A DNA stretch of 64,000 bases from contig OX597817.1 in the NCBI GenBank assembly GCA_951406725.2, forward strand, positions 51,584,001 through 51,648,000. The letters run 5' to 3'. Shown here in pieces: positions 40,816 through 55,189 of the stretch; positions within the stretch are counted from its first letter, which is position 1; every line of letters starts with the position of its first letter. Source of the stretch: Octopus vulgaris. Lineage: Eukaryota. The position numbers and the translations under genes are program-made. The notes beneath the pieces were generated by a model, which saw only the letters and a list, made by a program, of their open reading frames with translations, was not told where the DNA came from and searched no databases.

Positions 40816-41499
40816 CATATATCTTATATAAAGACGCATATATACTCCTTCCTTTACACATGCATACTCGCACAGCCTCCCATCGCATACATGTATTAGC
40901 AAACACTCATTTATATACATACATGCCTGAATCCATAAATCCATGCGTATACACGTACATACCTATATTCGTACCTATACGTAGGAACCACACGATACGG
41001 CATTCGCATCCATCTTAAACGCATTTACAAACAAATATGCAAACATTTTCACCTACTCGAATATAATTATTGGCTTTAAAACAATTTAGAAATACTACTT
41101 GTATGTAACATATACACATTACAAATATATCCGTCTCTGTATGAATATATTTCTACTTACATATATATATAAATAATCTAATGTAAACACACTTACACAC
41201 GCATGCGCGTAGGCAGCCGTCCATCTACGACAGGATCAGTTACAACACAGAAAATATTGAGAGAAGAGCATTAGTATGCGTTCGGTAGGGCTTCGTCCTT
41301 ATTTCCATAATTACCACTCTCTATAACATTATATTTACGCAACGTATTTATAGATATTATGTTCCGTGAGCAGAAATAAATAAAAAAAAAAGAACTTGAA
41401 AGAAAAGAACGTAGGCATGCAGTTATTTTAATAATGCCGTTCATTTTGTTTTTCCTCTTCTACTTTTTATCATCATTGTTATTATTTTCGTCATTATTA

Positions 41500-41590
<91 letters not shown>

Positions 41591-41912
41591 CCTCGACATC
41601 GTCGTCACCATAATAACCATTATTACTATTATTATCATTATTATTTATTATTACTATTATTATTATTAACATCATTATTATTATTATTATTATTATTATT
41701 TGTAGTAGTAGTAGTAGTATCGTCGTCATCATTATCAACGTCAGCATAGTTTTTTGTTGTTGTTGTTGCTGTTGTTATATTAAACAAAGCATACCCGAGG
41801 GTTATAATTTCATGAAATTATATATTATATTTTGCTTGTAAAAACGCAAAATATTTATATATCCTAATGTATCATGTTTGCTAACTATATGTTCTCCTAA
41901 CGTATTATGTAT

Positions 41913-41964
<52 letters not shown>

Positions 41965-42056
41965 AAAAACATGCACACACGTATGTATATGTATGAATAT
42001 GCTTATATGTAGATGTAAATATACATTTTATTGGTTTGAATGCCACGCATCCATTT

Positions 42057-42112
<56 letters not shown>

Positions 42113-42142
42113 TTTATTGGTTTGAATGCCACGCATCCATTT

Positions 42143-42220
<78 letters not shown>

Positions 42221-42233
42221 GTATGTGTGTATG

Positions 42234-42282
<49 letters not shown>

Positions 42283-42295
42283 GTATGTGTGTATG

Positions 42296-42351
<56 letters not shown>

Positions 42352-42362
42352 CATATATATAT

Positions 42363-42413
<51 letters not shown>

Positions 42414-42724
42414 TGGAAATGTGGTATTCAATCCAATAATAATATAAATAATACATATATAGGCATATATTATATGTATATATATATATATATACATACC
42501 TACGTACGTACGTATATACATACATATTACACGTTGCCGAGGAGCAGTATTATTACCAGATGACAACCTTTATATCCTACTTTGCGTGGATATATCATGA
42601 TAGCACCGGAGAACTGCAGCGTTCACATAATATACATATAATTAATTTTATTTACATGTGATGTGTTTCTGGATATACAATCACACGTACACATGAGTGC
42701 GTGTATGTGTGATTGTATTCTTAT

Positions 42725-43205
42725 ATTCTTTTACTTGTTTCAGTCATTTGACTGTGGCCATGCTGGAGCACTATTTTAGTCGAGGAAATTGATCACCAGG
42801 ACTTATTCTTTCTAAACGTAGTACTTATTCTGTCGGTAACTTTTGCCGAACTGTTAAGTTACGGGGACGTAAGCACACCAGCATCGGTTTTCAAGTGATG
42901 GTGAGGGGACAAACACAGATCACAAACAACACATACACACACACATATATATGATTGATTGATTGATTGATTCTAGTTTCAGCTCATGAGCTGTGGCCAT
43001 GCTGGGGCACCGCCATTTATATATATATATATATATATATATACGACGGTCTTCTTTTAGTTTCCGTCTACCAAATCCACTCACAAGGCTTTGTTCGGCC
43101 CGAGGCTATAGTAGAAGACACTTATCCATGGTGCCACGCAGTGGGAATGAACCCGGAACCATGTGGTTGGGAACCAAGCTTCTTACCACACATTCCACTC
43201 TTGCG
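42725..43205 (-). mobile_element. SINE family 2
   Basis: Matches 20287-20732, with a small extra fragment inside the microsatellite. Confidence 0.8.
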
Positions 43206-43723
43206 CCTATGTTTATATTTGTTTGACTTAATATCCAATAAAGATCGATACTTATATATTTATACATAACGCTACATTTATTTATCTATTTATATGTGTA
43301 GACACACACGCACATACATACACATACACACACATATTCACTCACACCCACACATATATAGGTTGTAGTAATGAAGTCAAACCAAAGGGAGCGATATTTT
43401 GAAATCATTTAATATGAACGTTTCAGGTACGTAATATGTATAATACGAAATCCATCAACTACGTAAATCTTCCTCAGTAAAAACACATTTAAGTATGAAG
43501 GAATTGATGGAAATATGTTAATATGTAAGGTTAGATCAGTAAGTCGGGTACTATGTTAGGAGGAAGAAGATGGATAGAGGGAAATAAGTACCATTTGAGT
43601 ATTGGGGTCAATGTAGTTGACTATCCCCTCCCCCAAATTTCAGGTCTTTTGTCTATAGTAAAAAGGGTTATTACAACGAATACGACTCGGTACCAATATA
43701 AACATGCAAGTACGGGTTCCATT

Positions 43724-43757
<34 letters not shown>

Positions 43758-43762
<5 letters not shown>

Positions 43763-43974
43763 ATTCAAAATGTGACCGCGTGGGTACCGTTGGCGATATT
43801 TTTTCCTCCGTCTTCCCTTTGAATCTTTCATTTTCCTGTTTCTGACGAAGAGCTCCGCTCGAAACGCTAAACCTTCCTTCTTTCCTTCTTTCCTGAGCGT
43901 TCAATAATACTATACTTGTTCCACGTCCTCGCGTTGTTGTGTTTTCTCTTTGTGTTTTCATGTTTGGATTAACG

Positions 43975-43975
<1 letters not shown>
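43758..43975 (+). mobile_element. Family B pLTR-like repeat with hammerhead motif (43838-43872) in (TA)n
   Basis: gttt-ctgacga-a-gagc-tcc-gctc-gaa-acgc-t-aaac. TA runs on both sides. Confidence 0.75.
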
Positions 43976-44012
<37 letters not shown>

Positions 44013-44239
44013 TTATGCGTGTATGTGTCTGTTTGTCTCTGTGTATTTACATGTATATATATAACAACACACACGCACACGTACACACACACTCGCACAC
44101 ACACACACATAGACATATATAATGAGCTGTAAGTGAAGCACGTAACCAAACTTCGGCCTTAGTTGTATGTTCCACACTCCACTACAAGTCACAACGACAC
44201 ACGTGATAATTCATTATGTGTTGCACGCTGTTGAGTGAA

Positions 44240-44564
44240 GCGGTCTTCGACCCGTGGAAGACGTCCTTTGCTATTCGTAAGACCCGCAGAAGAGAAAGCA
44301 GGTCAACCCCCGACACCGAGAGCATCGACAGGATGGATGAATGTACATCCAGGCTCAGCGGTTGCGTAGGAAGTCGGGGACAAGAAACAGAAAGAAAGAG
44401 TGAGAGAAATTTGGAGCGAAAGAGTACAACAGGGGTCGCCTCCACACCTTGCCGGAGCCTCGTCGAGCTTTAGGTGTTTTCGCTCAATAAATACACACAA
44501 CGCTTGGTCTGGGAATCGAAACCGCGAGTCCACTGCCCTAACCAGAGGGCCATTGCGCATCCAC
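44240..44564 (-). mobile_element. SINE family 3 with a different 3' tail
   Basis: Reverse complement of the family 3 head and body. Confidence 0.75.
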
Positions 44565-44984
44565 TCTTGTAGGTGTTGTTGCAGTTGTTGATACTACAGT
44601 TAACTTCCCTACAATACTCAGCAGTTGTCTCTTTCCTTTATTCCCGTCGCCTCTCTATTCTATACATATTGGAATGGTTGTGAATGTAAATGAATCTATA
44701 AGTCCATCTGCTCATATAGGTATGAAGTAACCTCGACCTTCTGACTCTGCTTTCTTCTCCTACCCTATGTCGTGGGTTCTGCCACTCCGTTGTTGATAAT
44801 ACGCATAATAGATATAAATATATATATATATTGAGCACTTAACAATATTCCTTGTATTTTTTTACTGAACACTGACGAAATGTATCGATAATATTATATA
44901 ACTTTGAACAACAAGCAATTACGTACGCATGCTTTATAAATCATAAAATACCAAATAAGTTTTTCAGCATTTTAGTATTATGTG

Positions 44985-45036
<52 letters not shown>

Positions 45037-45161
45037 CATGCATATATATAAATATATGTATGTGTATGCATACACGTATATATGCAAGTGTGGGTATGTA
45101 CGTGCAGATATAAATGTGTGTATATATAGTATATATATGTAATATGAATTTATATACATGC

Positions 45162-45213
<52 letters not shown>

Positions 45214-45617
45214 GCGTGTGTGTTTTTCAGATCAGCATTGAGGAATAAAATGTTTGCTGCACATACAAAATTATGATATTATGGAATTTTATCCCGTGTA
45301 AAATTTATTAATGCGAGCAATATAAAAATTACTCTCATAAAGAAAATATTTCCTTTGAAGGTCACAGGTCAAAGCTTGCGACTGATGCTTCGTGATTTGT
45401 GATGTATGTTTTATGTGCCCAAGTGAGGTAACACATTTAATAAAAAGCATAGCAATGTAAAGAGTTAAAGGAGTGCAGTAAATTTTTATGCACGAGGGTG
45501 TAAAGAATTATACCTTCCATTGCAATACATATTTTCCGTGATTCTCTACTTTCAGTTTATTTATTCACTAACAATAGTAAATATATTCCACCCCGAATAA
45601 GGTTTCTTTGTATTTAA

Positions 45618-45983
45618 GGCGGCGAGCTGGCAGAAACGTTAGCACGCCGGGCGAAATGCTTTGCGGTATTTCTTCTGCGGTATTTCGTCTGAGTTCAAAT
45701 TCCGCCGAGGTCGACTTTGCCTGTCATCCTTTCGGGGTTGATTAAATAAGTACCAGTTACGCACTGGGGTCGATGTAATCGACTTAATCCGTTTGTCTAT
45801 TCTTGTTTGTCCTCTCTGTGTTTAGCCCCTTATGGGTAGTAAAGAAATAGGTATTTCGTCTATTTTTACGTTCTGAGTTCAAATTCCGCCGAGGTCGACT
45901 TTGCCTCTCATCCTTTCGGGATCGATAAATTAAGTACCAGTTGCGTACTGGGGACGATCTCATCGACTGAACCCTTCCCCTAA
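45618..45983 (+). mobile_element. SINE family 1 (dimeric)
   Basis: Head plus two cores. Confidence 0.85.
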
Positions 45984-46636
45984 ATGTATGTATGTATGTA
46001 TGCATGCATACAATTAGGGCCAGTTCAAATACATTTAGCATTGGAATCTATGGATGTTTTTCATTTAAGTTTGTTATAGGGAAATAAAACCTCACTTATG
46101 AGAAAATGGTGTGAAAATGTCCTACTTGGCTCAGAGGCCGGCTCTGTTGTACAGGTGAACGTATTTCGTGATCGTTTGTCCTCACCAGACAGCAAGAAAG
46201 GCATATGTATATACATACACACATACATACATATATATATATACATACATACATACACACACCCATATATATATATACATATGTATATATATGCATGTAT
46301 GGGTATATATATATGTGTGTATATGCGTATATATGTATTTATATACACATATATTTATATATATATATGTGTGTGTATATATATTCGGAATCTCTAGCGA
46401 TTACATTTCTACTGGAGTGTGTTTTAACATGGAAAATCGCTTAGAGCAAGCAACATAACAATCAGTTTCCACCTTTAAACCACATGATTGCTACATTAAT
46501 ACAAACAGTCGAACATATTGTGTTTCACTGCATCGTGTCTTCAAAATCGATTTTGCTTCTCATAAGACAACGCTGTATCGAAGAATGCAGATAATATAGA
46601 AAATAGCGTTATACATACATACAGAATGACACACAC

Positions 46637-46708
<72 letters not shown>

Positions 46709-46853
46709 GAAAGAAGGTTTGAAAATGCAATTTAAAAGATGTTTATTTACTTTACCGGTATCACTCTTTGGAAAAAGGTTGTCAAATGTAACATGTGGAA
46801 GTTTGGTTGCGTTAATTATTGGTTGTTGCAAATTGCTACATTACATATATATA

Positions 46854-47220
46854 TACAGTCTTTGGTAACAGGAACATGTTAAGGACATAAAAACGTTCAA
46901 CAAGTTCCTTAAAATATTGGGCACAAAAGATTACATAAATAATCGTTCTCAAGGACATACTTAAGATAGTTTCCAGAAGGAATTGATATTGGTACTGTAT
47001 CTGTATATTCAAACATGCACAGAATATTGGTTGACACAGAGTACTATAATCCATATACATGTACAGTCTTTGGTGACAACAGTATGTTGAGAATATAAAA
47101 AAGTTTAACAAGCTCATTGAAATAATGGGCAGAAAAGATTAAAACAAATATATTATACATCTCAGGGTAATTTCCAGGAGGAAATATTAAAAAAAGTTCA
47201 GTATACACATACAGAATATT
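46854..47220. repeat. Diverged tandem duplication, period about 208 bp
   Basis: tacagtctttggt...aacaag...gggca.aaaagatta...tttccag.agga...cagaatatt occurs twice. Confidence 0.65.
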
Positions 47221-48681
47221 ATGAGTTCAAAAAGATTTACATTATTATAGTGGTGAAGTTAAAACTAACCTGTCCGATTTAGGAGAAATGTGGAATTGAA
47301 AAGAATATACCCTTTTTTTCTTTTTTTGTTTTTTTGGCTCTCCTTCAAGCATCAATGATTTTTGGGTCAGGATGAGGTGAGTGTGTGTGTCTTTGTGTGT
47401 ATGTGTGTGTGCATACATACATATGTGGTGTGAATAGATGTGTCTGTGTGTCTGTAAGATTTGGTAGGATGGTGTCTGTTTGTCAGCCGCGTGTGTGGTT
47501 GTCATGGTGTTGTGTGTATGTATGTATGTGTGTGGATGGCATTTGACATGGTGCTGCGTGTGTATATGTGTGTCTGTATGGAGGTGAGATTGGTGTGAGT
47601 GTGTGTGTCCCTGTGTGTGTGTGCATATACATGCATACATGTGTCTGTGTGTGGGGGGGGCTGTTTTTGATTGGTTCCAGGATGGTGTAAATAGATGTGT
47701 GTTGTTTAAAGAATTTTTTGGAGTAGGATGGTGTGTGTATATGTGTGCCCGCCCGTGTGCGCGTGTGTGCGCGTATGTGTGTGGTTAATGTCCATTGATG
47801 TGCTGCGCGTGCGCTAGTGTGCATGTGTCTGTTCGCATGCGTGTCCATGTCTGTTGGGTGTATCTGTGCGGCATGCGTGCACATGTGTCCTGCGTGTGTT
47901 GGCACTGAGTATGTGCCCGTGTGTGTGAGTGCACACGGCGTGGGTGCACGCGTCCCTGTGTGCGTGTATACATGCACACACGCGTCTACGCGTGTGTGCG
48001 GGCCATACACACACACTACATATACATATATATACATACATACACACATATACACATCATACATATACATACCACACACACACACACATCACACACACAC
48101 ACACACACACACCACATACACACACACATACACACATAATATACACTCACACAATATACACACACACAACACACATATATACAAAATACACACACACACA
48201 CACAACGCACACACATATAATACACACACACACACAACACACAAATATAACATATATATATATATATATAATATACACATATATAACACGCACACACAAT
48301 ACACACACACACATAACACACACACACACAACACACGCACACATACATACATAATATATATACAACACATATACACCTAACGCATATATACATACAATAC
48401 ACATGCACACATATATATAATACACATACACAATATATACATATAACATACATACACAATACATACATATAATATATATATATATAGACAATGCATATAC
48501 ATATATACATATATATAATGTTTACATACACATACATAAATATACCACATATACACACAATATACATATATACATATACACATACATATAACATATATAC
48601 ACATAACATACACATACACAATGCATAAATATATATACATATAATGTATATATATGTATATACAACACACAATCCCACACA

Positions 48682-49527
48682 ATCCCACATGAATATGGAC
48701 TGGAAGCCATTAAATTCTGGCTGGATAAATATCCCAATGAGATCCCGGAAAGAATAAAAAAAGAATTCATCATTGAGGGCCTCAAATTTATTCTGCAAAA
48801 CAACTTCATGAATTTCAATAATAACACTTACAGACAGGTTTCAGGAACTGCAATGGGTACGAAGGTTGCACCTACCTATGCAAACCTGGTGATGGCCTAC
48901 CTGGAATCACATATCTATGAAAAATCCAAATATAAGTACGGCCAGTCTTTCCACAAATACCTGTTGGAGAACTGGAAACGCTACTTAGATGATTGCCTCA
49001 TCCTATGGTCCCACACACTCGACCAACTTATTGACTTCAAAAACCTTATCAACAGTGTAAAAAACCACATTCAATTCACAATGGAATATAGTCAGGACCA
49101 ACTCCCTTTTGTTGACATTCTAATCATTAAAAAAGGCGTCAACATTGAAACTGACATCCATTACAAACCCACTGACTCTAAACAATACCTTCTATTCACC
49201 TCCAATCACCCAAAACACACAAAGACAAATATCCCCTTCAACTTAGCGAGAAGAATCTGCACAATTGTCTCAAATGACACAACACGAAATAGAAGACTCC
49301 GGGAACTAAGGACAATTCTTCTCGAAAGACATTACCCGGCATCACTAGTAGACAACGGAATAGAACGGGCCAAATCAATTAACACTCAAGACTTACGAAA
49401 ACCTAAACACATCCACAGTACAGTAAATATCCTCCCCTATCTCTCAACACACAACCCAAGGAATGCAGAAGCTTACACTATTATATACAACAACATTCCA
49501 CAGCTAAATCAAGACCCACGCCTAAAA
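48682..49527 (+). mobile_element. Penelope-like element RT fragment, truncated at both ends
   Basis: In frame from IPHEYGLEAI through QVSGTAMGTKVAPTYANL, RYLDD, LPFVDI and HYKPTDSKQYL. Broken at the 3' end by SINE sequence. Confidence 0.92.
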
Positions 49528-49549
49528 AAGAGGTTTACTCAAAGTGTAG

Positions 49550-49657
49550 CAAAGTTCACGGCGGTGCCCCAGAATGGCCGCAATCCCTGGACTGAAAATT
49601 AGAGAAAATGCCTTGTGAGTGGATCTGGTAGACGGAAACTGTAAGAAACCCGTCGTA

Positions 49658-49702
<45 letters not shown>

Positions 49703-49890
49703 TGTGTGTCTGTGTTTGTCCCCACTATCGCTTGACAGCGAATGTTGGTGTGTTTACGTCCCTGTAAGCTAGCGGTTCGGCAAAAGAGGTCGATAGAATA
49801 AGTACTAGGCTTACAAATAAGTCCTGGGGTCGATTTGTTCGACTAAAGACGGCGCTCCAGCATGGCCGCAGTCAAATGACCGAAACAAGT
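49550..49890 (+). mobile_element. SINE family 2 fragments
   Basis: Reverse-complement match to 20287-20732. Confidence 0.75.
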
Positions 49891-49984
49891 AATATATATA
49901 TATATATCTTTGAACTCTATGTAAAACTATTACTATTATTTTTATACTTTCTAAACTTTCCTGTACTTTCTGTTTTTTCCTGTT

Positions 49985-50359
49985 GTCGTTTCTTCCTACT
50001 CTGGATGTTCTCTTCACTCTCGACATCCAGAGCCTTTACACCGTGACCACTCACCACGTGTGGCTGCGTGCACTGAAGCCCTTCCTACTCTCTTACACAC
50101 ACGTGCATCTTCGTTTTGGGATCACCTTTACTTTGTCATCTCCCCTACTTCTTCGCTCTCCTGTGTGACCCTTCTGTCCGGCAGTCGCCATGATAGATCG
50201 GTAGCCACTACACACATTTTTTCTCTCTTTGTTTCTTTCGGTGGAAGAGCGTAGGCTCGAAACGTAAAAGACATTTTCAATTCATGAGCGTTATACTAAT
50301 AGATCTGTTTGTTGTCTACACCACTTGTCTTCGTCTTTTGCTTTTTTGTGAATTCTCCC

Positions 50360-50360
<1 letters not shown>
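49985..50360 (+). mobile_element. Internally deleted Penelope derivative: RT motif A remnant plus family C pLTR with a degenerate hammerhead
   Basis: LFTLDIQSLYT...LRALKPFL followed by cttt-cggtgga-a-gagcgtaggctc-gaa-acgt-a-aaag, ending in (TA)n. Confidence 0.65.
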
Positions 50361-50455
<95 letters not shown>

Positions 50456-50818
50456 TGTATGTATGTATGTATGTATATATGGCCACAGGCGCGGTTATGT
50501 GGTAAGGATCCTGTTTCGAAATCACATGATTCGACAGGTGTCTTCTAGTATAGCCTCGGGCCGACCGAAATCCTGTGACCAGATTTGGTGCCCGGAAACT
50601 GAAAGAAGTTTGTCGTATATGTTTGTTTATGTGTGTGTCTTCGTGTGTTTTCGTCTCTTTCCACCGCTTGAGAACTTGTGGTCAGTGTGTTTACGTCCAA
50701 GTAAGCCAGTGGTTCTAAGAGTCAAAGACTTTTTCATAAGTACCTACAAAGGGATGAATGTAAAATATATTAAATATATTCTGAAGTTAATGATCACATG
50801 CTGCGCAGATATCTACAA

Positions 50819-51065
50819 CTATTGTGGTTTTAGTGGTGTTATGGGCTGTGATGATCTATGTGGTGTTGGTGGAGAGGATTGCAGATGAGGTGGACAGAAG
50901 TGAAGACTGCAGGGGCCTGTGGGACAGCCACGGGGCATGCATGGGCAGGAAGCACGTGCGGTCAGTTCGAGCAGTGCGATGACGTGTTTATTTCTTGATC
51001 GCTCATCCTGCCGAGGTCTTTGTATTTCTTTATCCCGTATGCTTTTTCTGTTGTCCTTTTCCACA
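50819..51065 (-). CDS. Candidate terminal coding exon of an unknown protein (Cys/Pro-rich C-terminus)
   Basis: Non-repetitive, higher-GC open frame VEKDNRKS...RASCPCMPRGCPTGPCSLHFCPPHLQSSPPTPH...PQ*, preceded by a possible acceptor ttgttgtag. No homology recognised. Confidence 0.3.
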
Positions 51066-52130
51066 CTACAACAACAACTACTACTACTATTACTACTAAA
51101 TATTGCACTTTAAAACATTCCTTCTAATTAATATATTCTTTGTGTCACGTTGGTGTTCACACTTCTTGTTCAACAGCACTTAATCGGTTCTTTGTAAGAA
51201 GACCTGAGTGAAAGATATTCTGTTTTAAGTATGATCAAATCCAAAACCTAGATACAAGCGAACCTCTAAAAACCGTCTCAGCAGCTACGAAAATACTTCT
51301 AGCTCCATTTATTCCTGACACAAGCTTCTGTTTTTTTATATATATAAGTTTTGGTAATGAACCATTTACACAATCTGAATTAGGAAACATATCTGTTTTG
51401 GTTTGTTTTTTCGATCAGTAAGCCATACGACTGGAGTTTTAATTGTTCCTAATCAGACACTGAAATGAAGACAGAATAAAAATGAAGAGCTACAGATTAG
51501 AAAATAAAATACGAAGGAAGATATTTTTCTCTTTGAAGGAAGTCATTTAAAAAAAATGGCGTAACACAATATCATGAATGCGAAGCTAACTAACTGGCAC
51601 TTTTTAGAATTCCTGAAAAGCTTCAAGCGTTGTTTCGTGTTTTACGTATCCCGAACCAATATATAAGTACTAATTGCAACTTTGTGCTATAGAATCAGCT
51701 GAAGAATTCATTTACATATTGTTTTGTTTTTTATCCAAATATTGAAGTGAACATATATTTATGATCTATAAATGGCTTAATTGATAGCAATTTGATAGAA
51801 GACTATTACGCGATGTCATTCACCATTTGAAAAAATTGACTTTCTTTCGGAATCTTTTGCCGTTTATCTTTTACTTGTTTCAGCCAACGGACTACGGCCA
51901 TTCTGGAGCAGCACCTTCGAGGGTCTTAGTCTAACACACTAACCACAGTCCTGAATTGTTGTAAAGATTGTGAATTATTGTATTGGTATCTTTTGAGACA
52001 TAAAGAAACCAAACCAACACTAGAGGTCAAGCGATGTCGCTGTACAAACAAAAGCACAGAAATACAGGGTACATACATATATATATATATACATGTGTGT
52101 ATATATATATATATAGAGAGAGAGAGAGAC

Positions 52131-52169
<39 letters not shown>

Positions 52170-52190
52170 GAGACAGACAGACTGAGATAT

Positions 52191-52570
52191 GTGGAGGCGC
52201 AATGGCCCAGTGGTTAGGACATCAGACTTGCGGTCGTGAGATCACGGTTCGATACCCAGACCTGGCTTTGTGAGTGTTTCTTGAGCGAAAACACCTAAAG
52301 CTTCACGTGGCTCCGGCACAGGGTGGTGACATACCCTGCTGTACTCTTTCAACACAATTTATGTACATATATACACATATACATATAAGTATACACACAC
52401 ACACACACACACACAATGGACTTCTTTCATTTTTCGTTAACAAAATCCACTAACAATGCTTTGGTCGGTCCGGACCTATAGTAGAACGTGAACAAAGAGC
52501 CGCGCATTAGGACTGAGCCCGGGACCATGCGGTTAGGAAGCCAATATCTTACCACAAGGCCACGCCTGCA
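52191..52570. mobile_element. Partial SINE family 3 (+) followed by the 5' half of SINE family 2 (-)
   Basis: Matches to the respective family heads. Confidence 0.7.
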
Positions 52571-54030
52571 CTTCATCTAACAGGATTATTTAGCAATCAC
52601 ATCAATGTTTAACTTTCCTTGTTCGCCTCTAAGTCATAGACCGTCTGGGAAGGGACAAAATTAATCTTATTTTATCGTTATTTTCCTCTTGTTTTGGTCA
52701 TAGGATTGCAGCCGTGATGAGGCACAGCCTTATCCGAACAATGTGACCCCAATGCTTATGGTTTTTTTAAAGTCTGGTATTTATTTTATCGATCTCTTTT
52801 GACATGCTGTTAATGGAGATCACAAAGTTCCCCATGAACGAGTCTCCGTTCATTGCCGGATTTAGCGCCGGCGATTTTTGAGAGAAAGGTACAAGACGAT
52901 TACATCGAACCTTGTACTTACCGAAACCGAAAGGGATGAAAAGCAAAGCTGACCTTGTCGGGATTTGAACTCAAAACATAAAGAGATGGAGGAATAAATG
53001 CTGTTAAAATTCAACCCGCACGTCGCCTCAACCATTTTCATACCAACTTGTCCAGGAACAACCCTGCATCTATGATACAAACTTACAATTATTAAGTGAT
53101 CTAAATTAAGTCTTTTCATCTATATTTCATTTTAATTTGTGTTCCAAACTCCAGATTAATAGTGACAAAGTTATTTCACTAAATTCTACATTATTTTAAA
53201 ATTTAATTGTAACAAAGGTGGTGTATTTGTAAAGAAAAATGGTAACAAAAGGGTTAATAAAGAATTTAAAGGATATCAAATCTCACAGAATTGTTTGAAA
53301 ACATAAACAAAATTAAAAGCAAAAACAGAGATGTGAGGTAGTTGTAAGCACAAACGCTAATCAATATTTATGCCTGCTTCGATACCGAATTGTAGCTTTG
53401 TCGCTTCATACATATCATTTATTGTATTTATAAAGGAGCAACGTTAAAAATCGCAGTTTCCTGTTATACAGAAAACAATCAAAGTTCATATCAATGCATG
53501 GAATGAATATTTGAAATATTATCTCGTTGCTGATATAAAGTCTGAAATAATATGGAAGCCCTCCTGCAAGGATAAATGGCGGAAAACTTAATGGTTTTTA
53601 TATGAAAGGAAAGGAGAAACTATTATAATGAGACAGAATGTAAATTAGAAGCAATGTGATATCTGAAGAATGGAGATAAGAGATGTTAGTTTAAAGGTTT
53701 AGTAGAGTTTGGGATAAGCAGAAGCGATTCCTGGAAATTATAAGGAGAGATAGAATGAATTGTTGAATCTATAAACAACATATTTGAGAAGGAAATATGC
53801 AAGATTTTCATGAAATATTCGGGTTGGTATTTAGGAAAAAAGACATAGAGCCTTAAAATAAACTAACCTAGATATTTGTTGTTACGCTGTTGTATATTAC
53901 GGAGTGAGAGAGAGAGAAAAGAGAGATTATGAGAGAGAAAGAGAAGCAAGGAGAAGCTGGGAGAGAAAGAGAGAGACAGCGTATGCGTGTGTGCGCATCT
54001 GCGTGTGTGCTCATCTGTGTGTGTGTGTGT

Positions 54031-54093
<63 letters not shown>

Positions 54094-54263
54094 TGTATGC
54101 CGTAGGATATAACATGCGTTCCCGATAAACGGTACCGAAAATGCAGTTTCCATTCGTAGTTAGTATCATTTGAAGCCCCTGAAGTTGCATTTGTTCGTGA
54201 GAAGAGAAGGAACTCCACATTAAGCTTATCTCATTTGTTTTTTGGGGTTACTACATTAAGTAA

Positions 54264-54565
54264 GTGGAGACACGTGGCCTCGTGGTTAGAGCGGCGGTCG
54301 CGCAGTCGAGAGATCGCAGGTTCAAATCTCAGACCGGGCGATGTGTGTGTTTATGAGCGAAAAACCTAAGCTTCACGCGGCTCCGTCAGAAGGTAATGGC
54401 GAACTTCTGACTCTTTCGCCACAACTTTCTCTCACTCTCTCCTCCTGCATCTTGCAGCTCACCTGCAACGGACCGGCGTCCCGTCCAGGTGGGGAACCTA
54501 TACGCCAAGGAAACCGGGAAACCGGCTCTTATGAGCCAGGCATGGCTCGAGAAGGAACAAACAAC
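54264..54565 (+). mobile_element. SINE family 3
   Basis: tRNA head and gaccggcgtcccgtccagg tail. Confidence 0.75.
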
Positions 54566-54593
54566 GGTAAATATAACGAAATACACACATGCA

Positions 54594-54650
<57 letters not shown>

Positions 54651-55157
54651 TACAAAATTGTACAGAAACAACAAACCCACTGACAGAGACTGGTGGGGGA
54701 ACAACAAACAATGTGTATTAGTTTGACACTCAGAAAAAAAACTGAAGGAGTCTTTGAAGTTTCGAGCCTTCTACAGGAGAGAAAACAGATGGAGAAAGAT
54801 AAAATCAGATGACGAAAAGATTTTTAAAATCTCACGCGCAAACATACATATATATAGGTGTATGTTGTGTGTATATGTGTGTACAAACTAAAAACAGACT
54901 AATTCGATAAACTGCAAATACAGAAATTTATCAGACAGTGAGTGAATTTGAAAGTGACAATTAGATCTCAAGAGTCTTGAATTCAAACATAGTCTTATAT
55001 ACAGCACAGTCTTATAAACAATGTAAAACAAAAATATTGAATCACTCAAATAAATGTAAGAGAACTTTGTTTAATAAACTGCCCTGCTTAAGGTTGAATT
55101 AAGTGACTTCTTTGGGGAGAAAGAAGGAAAACATGTGCATGTCTATATGATATATAC

Positions 55158-55184
<27 letters not shown>

Positions 55185-55189
<5 letters not shown>

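Noticed and set aside
39722-41018. 300-394 aa Y/I/H/T/M/C ORFs in all six frames (similar at about 19250, 32550, 41900 and 48000)
   Set aside because: Alternating purine-pyrimidine microsatellites lack stop codons, so there is no coding signal.
42020-42310. CRISPR-like repeat-spacer pattern
   Set aside because: The repeats are variable-length (TA)n, the spacers are duplicated, the context is eukaryotic and there are no cas genes.
51415-51480. Strong splice-acceptor-like tract on the minus strand
   Set aside because: All three downstream frames stop within a few codons, so it cannot be supported as a coding exon.
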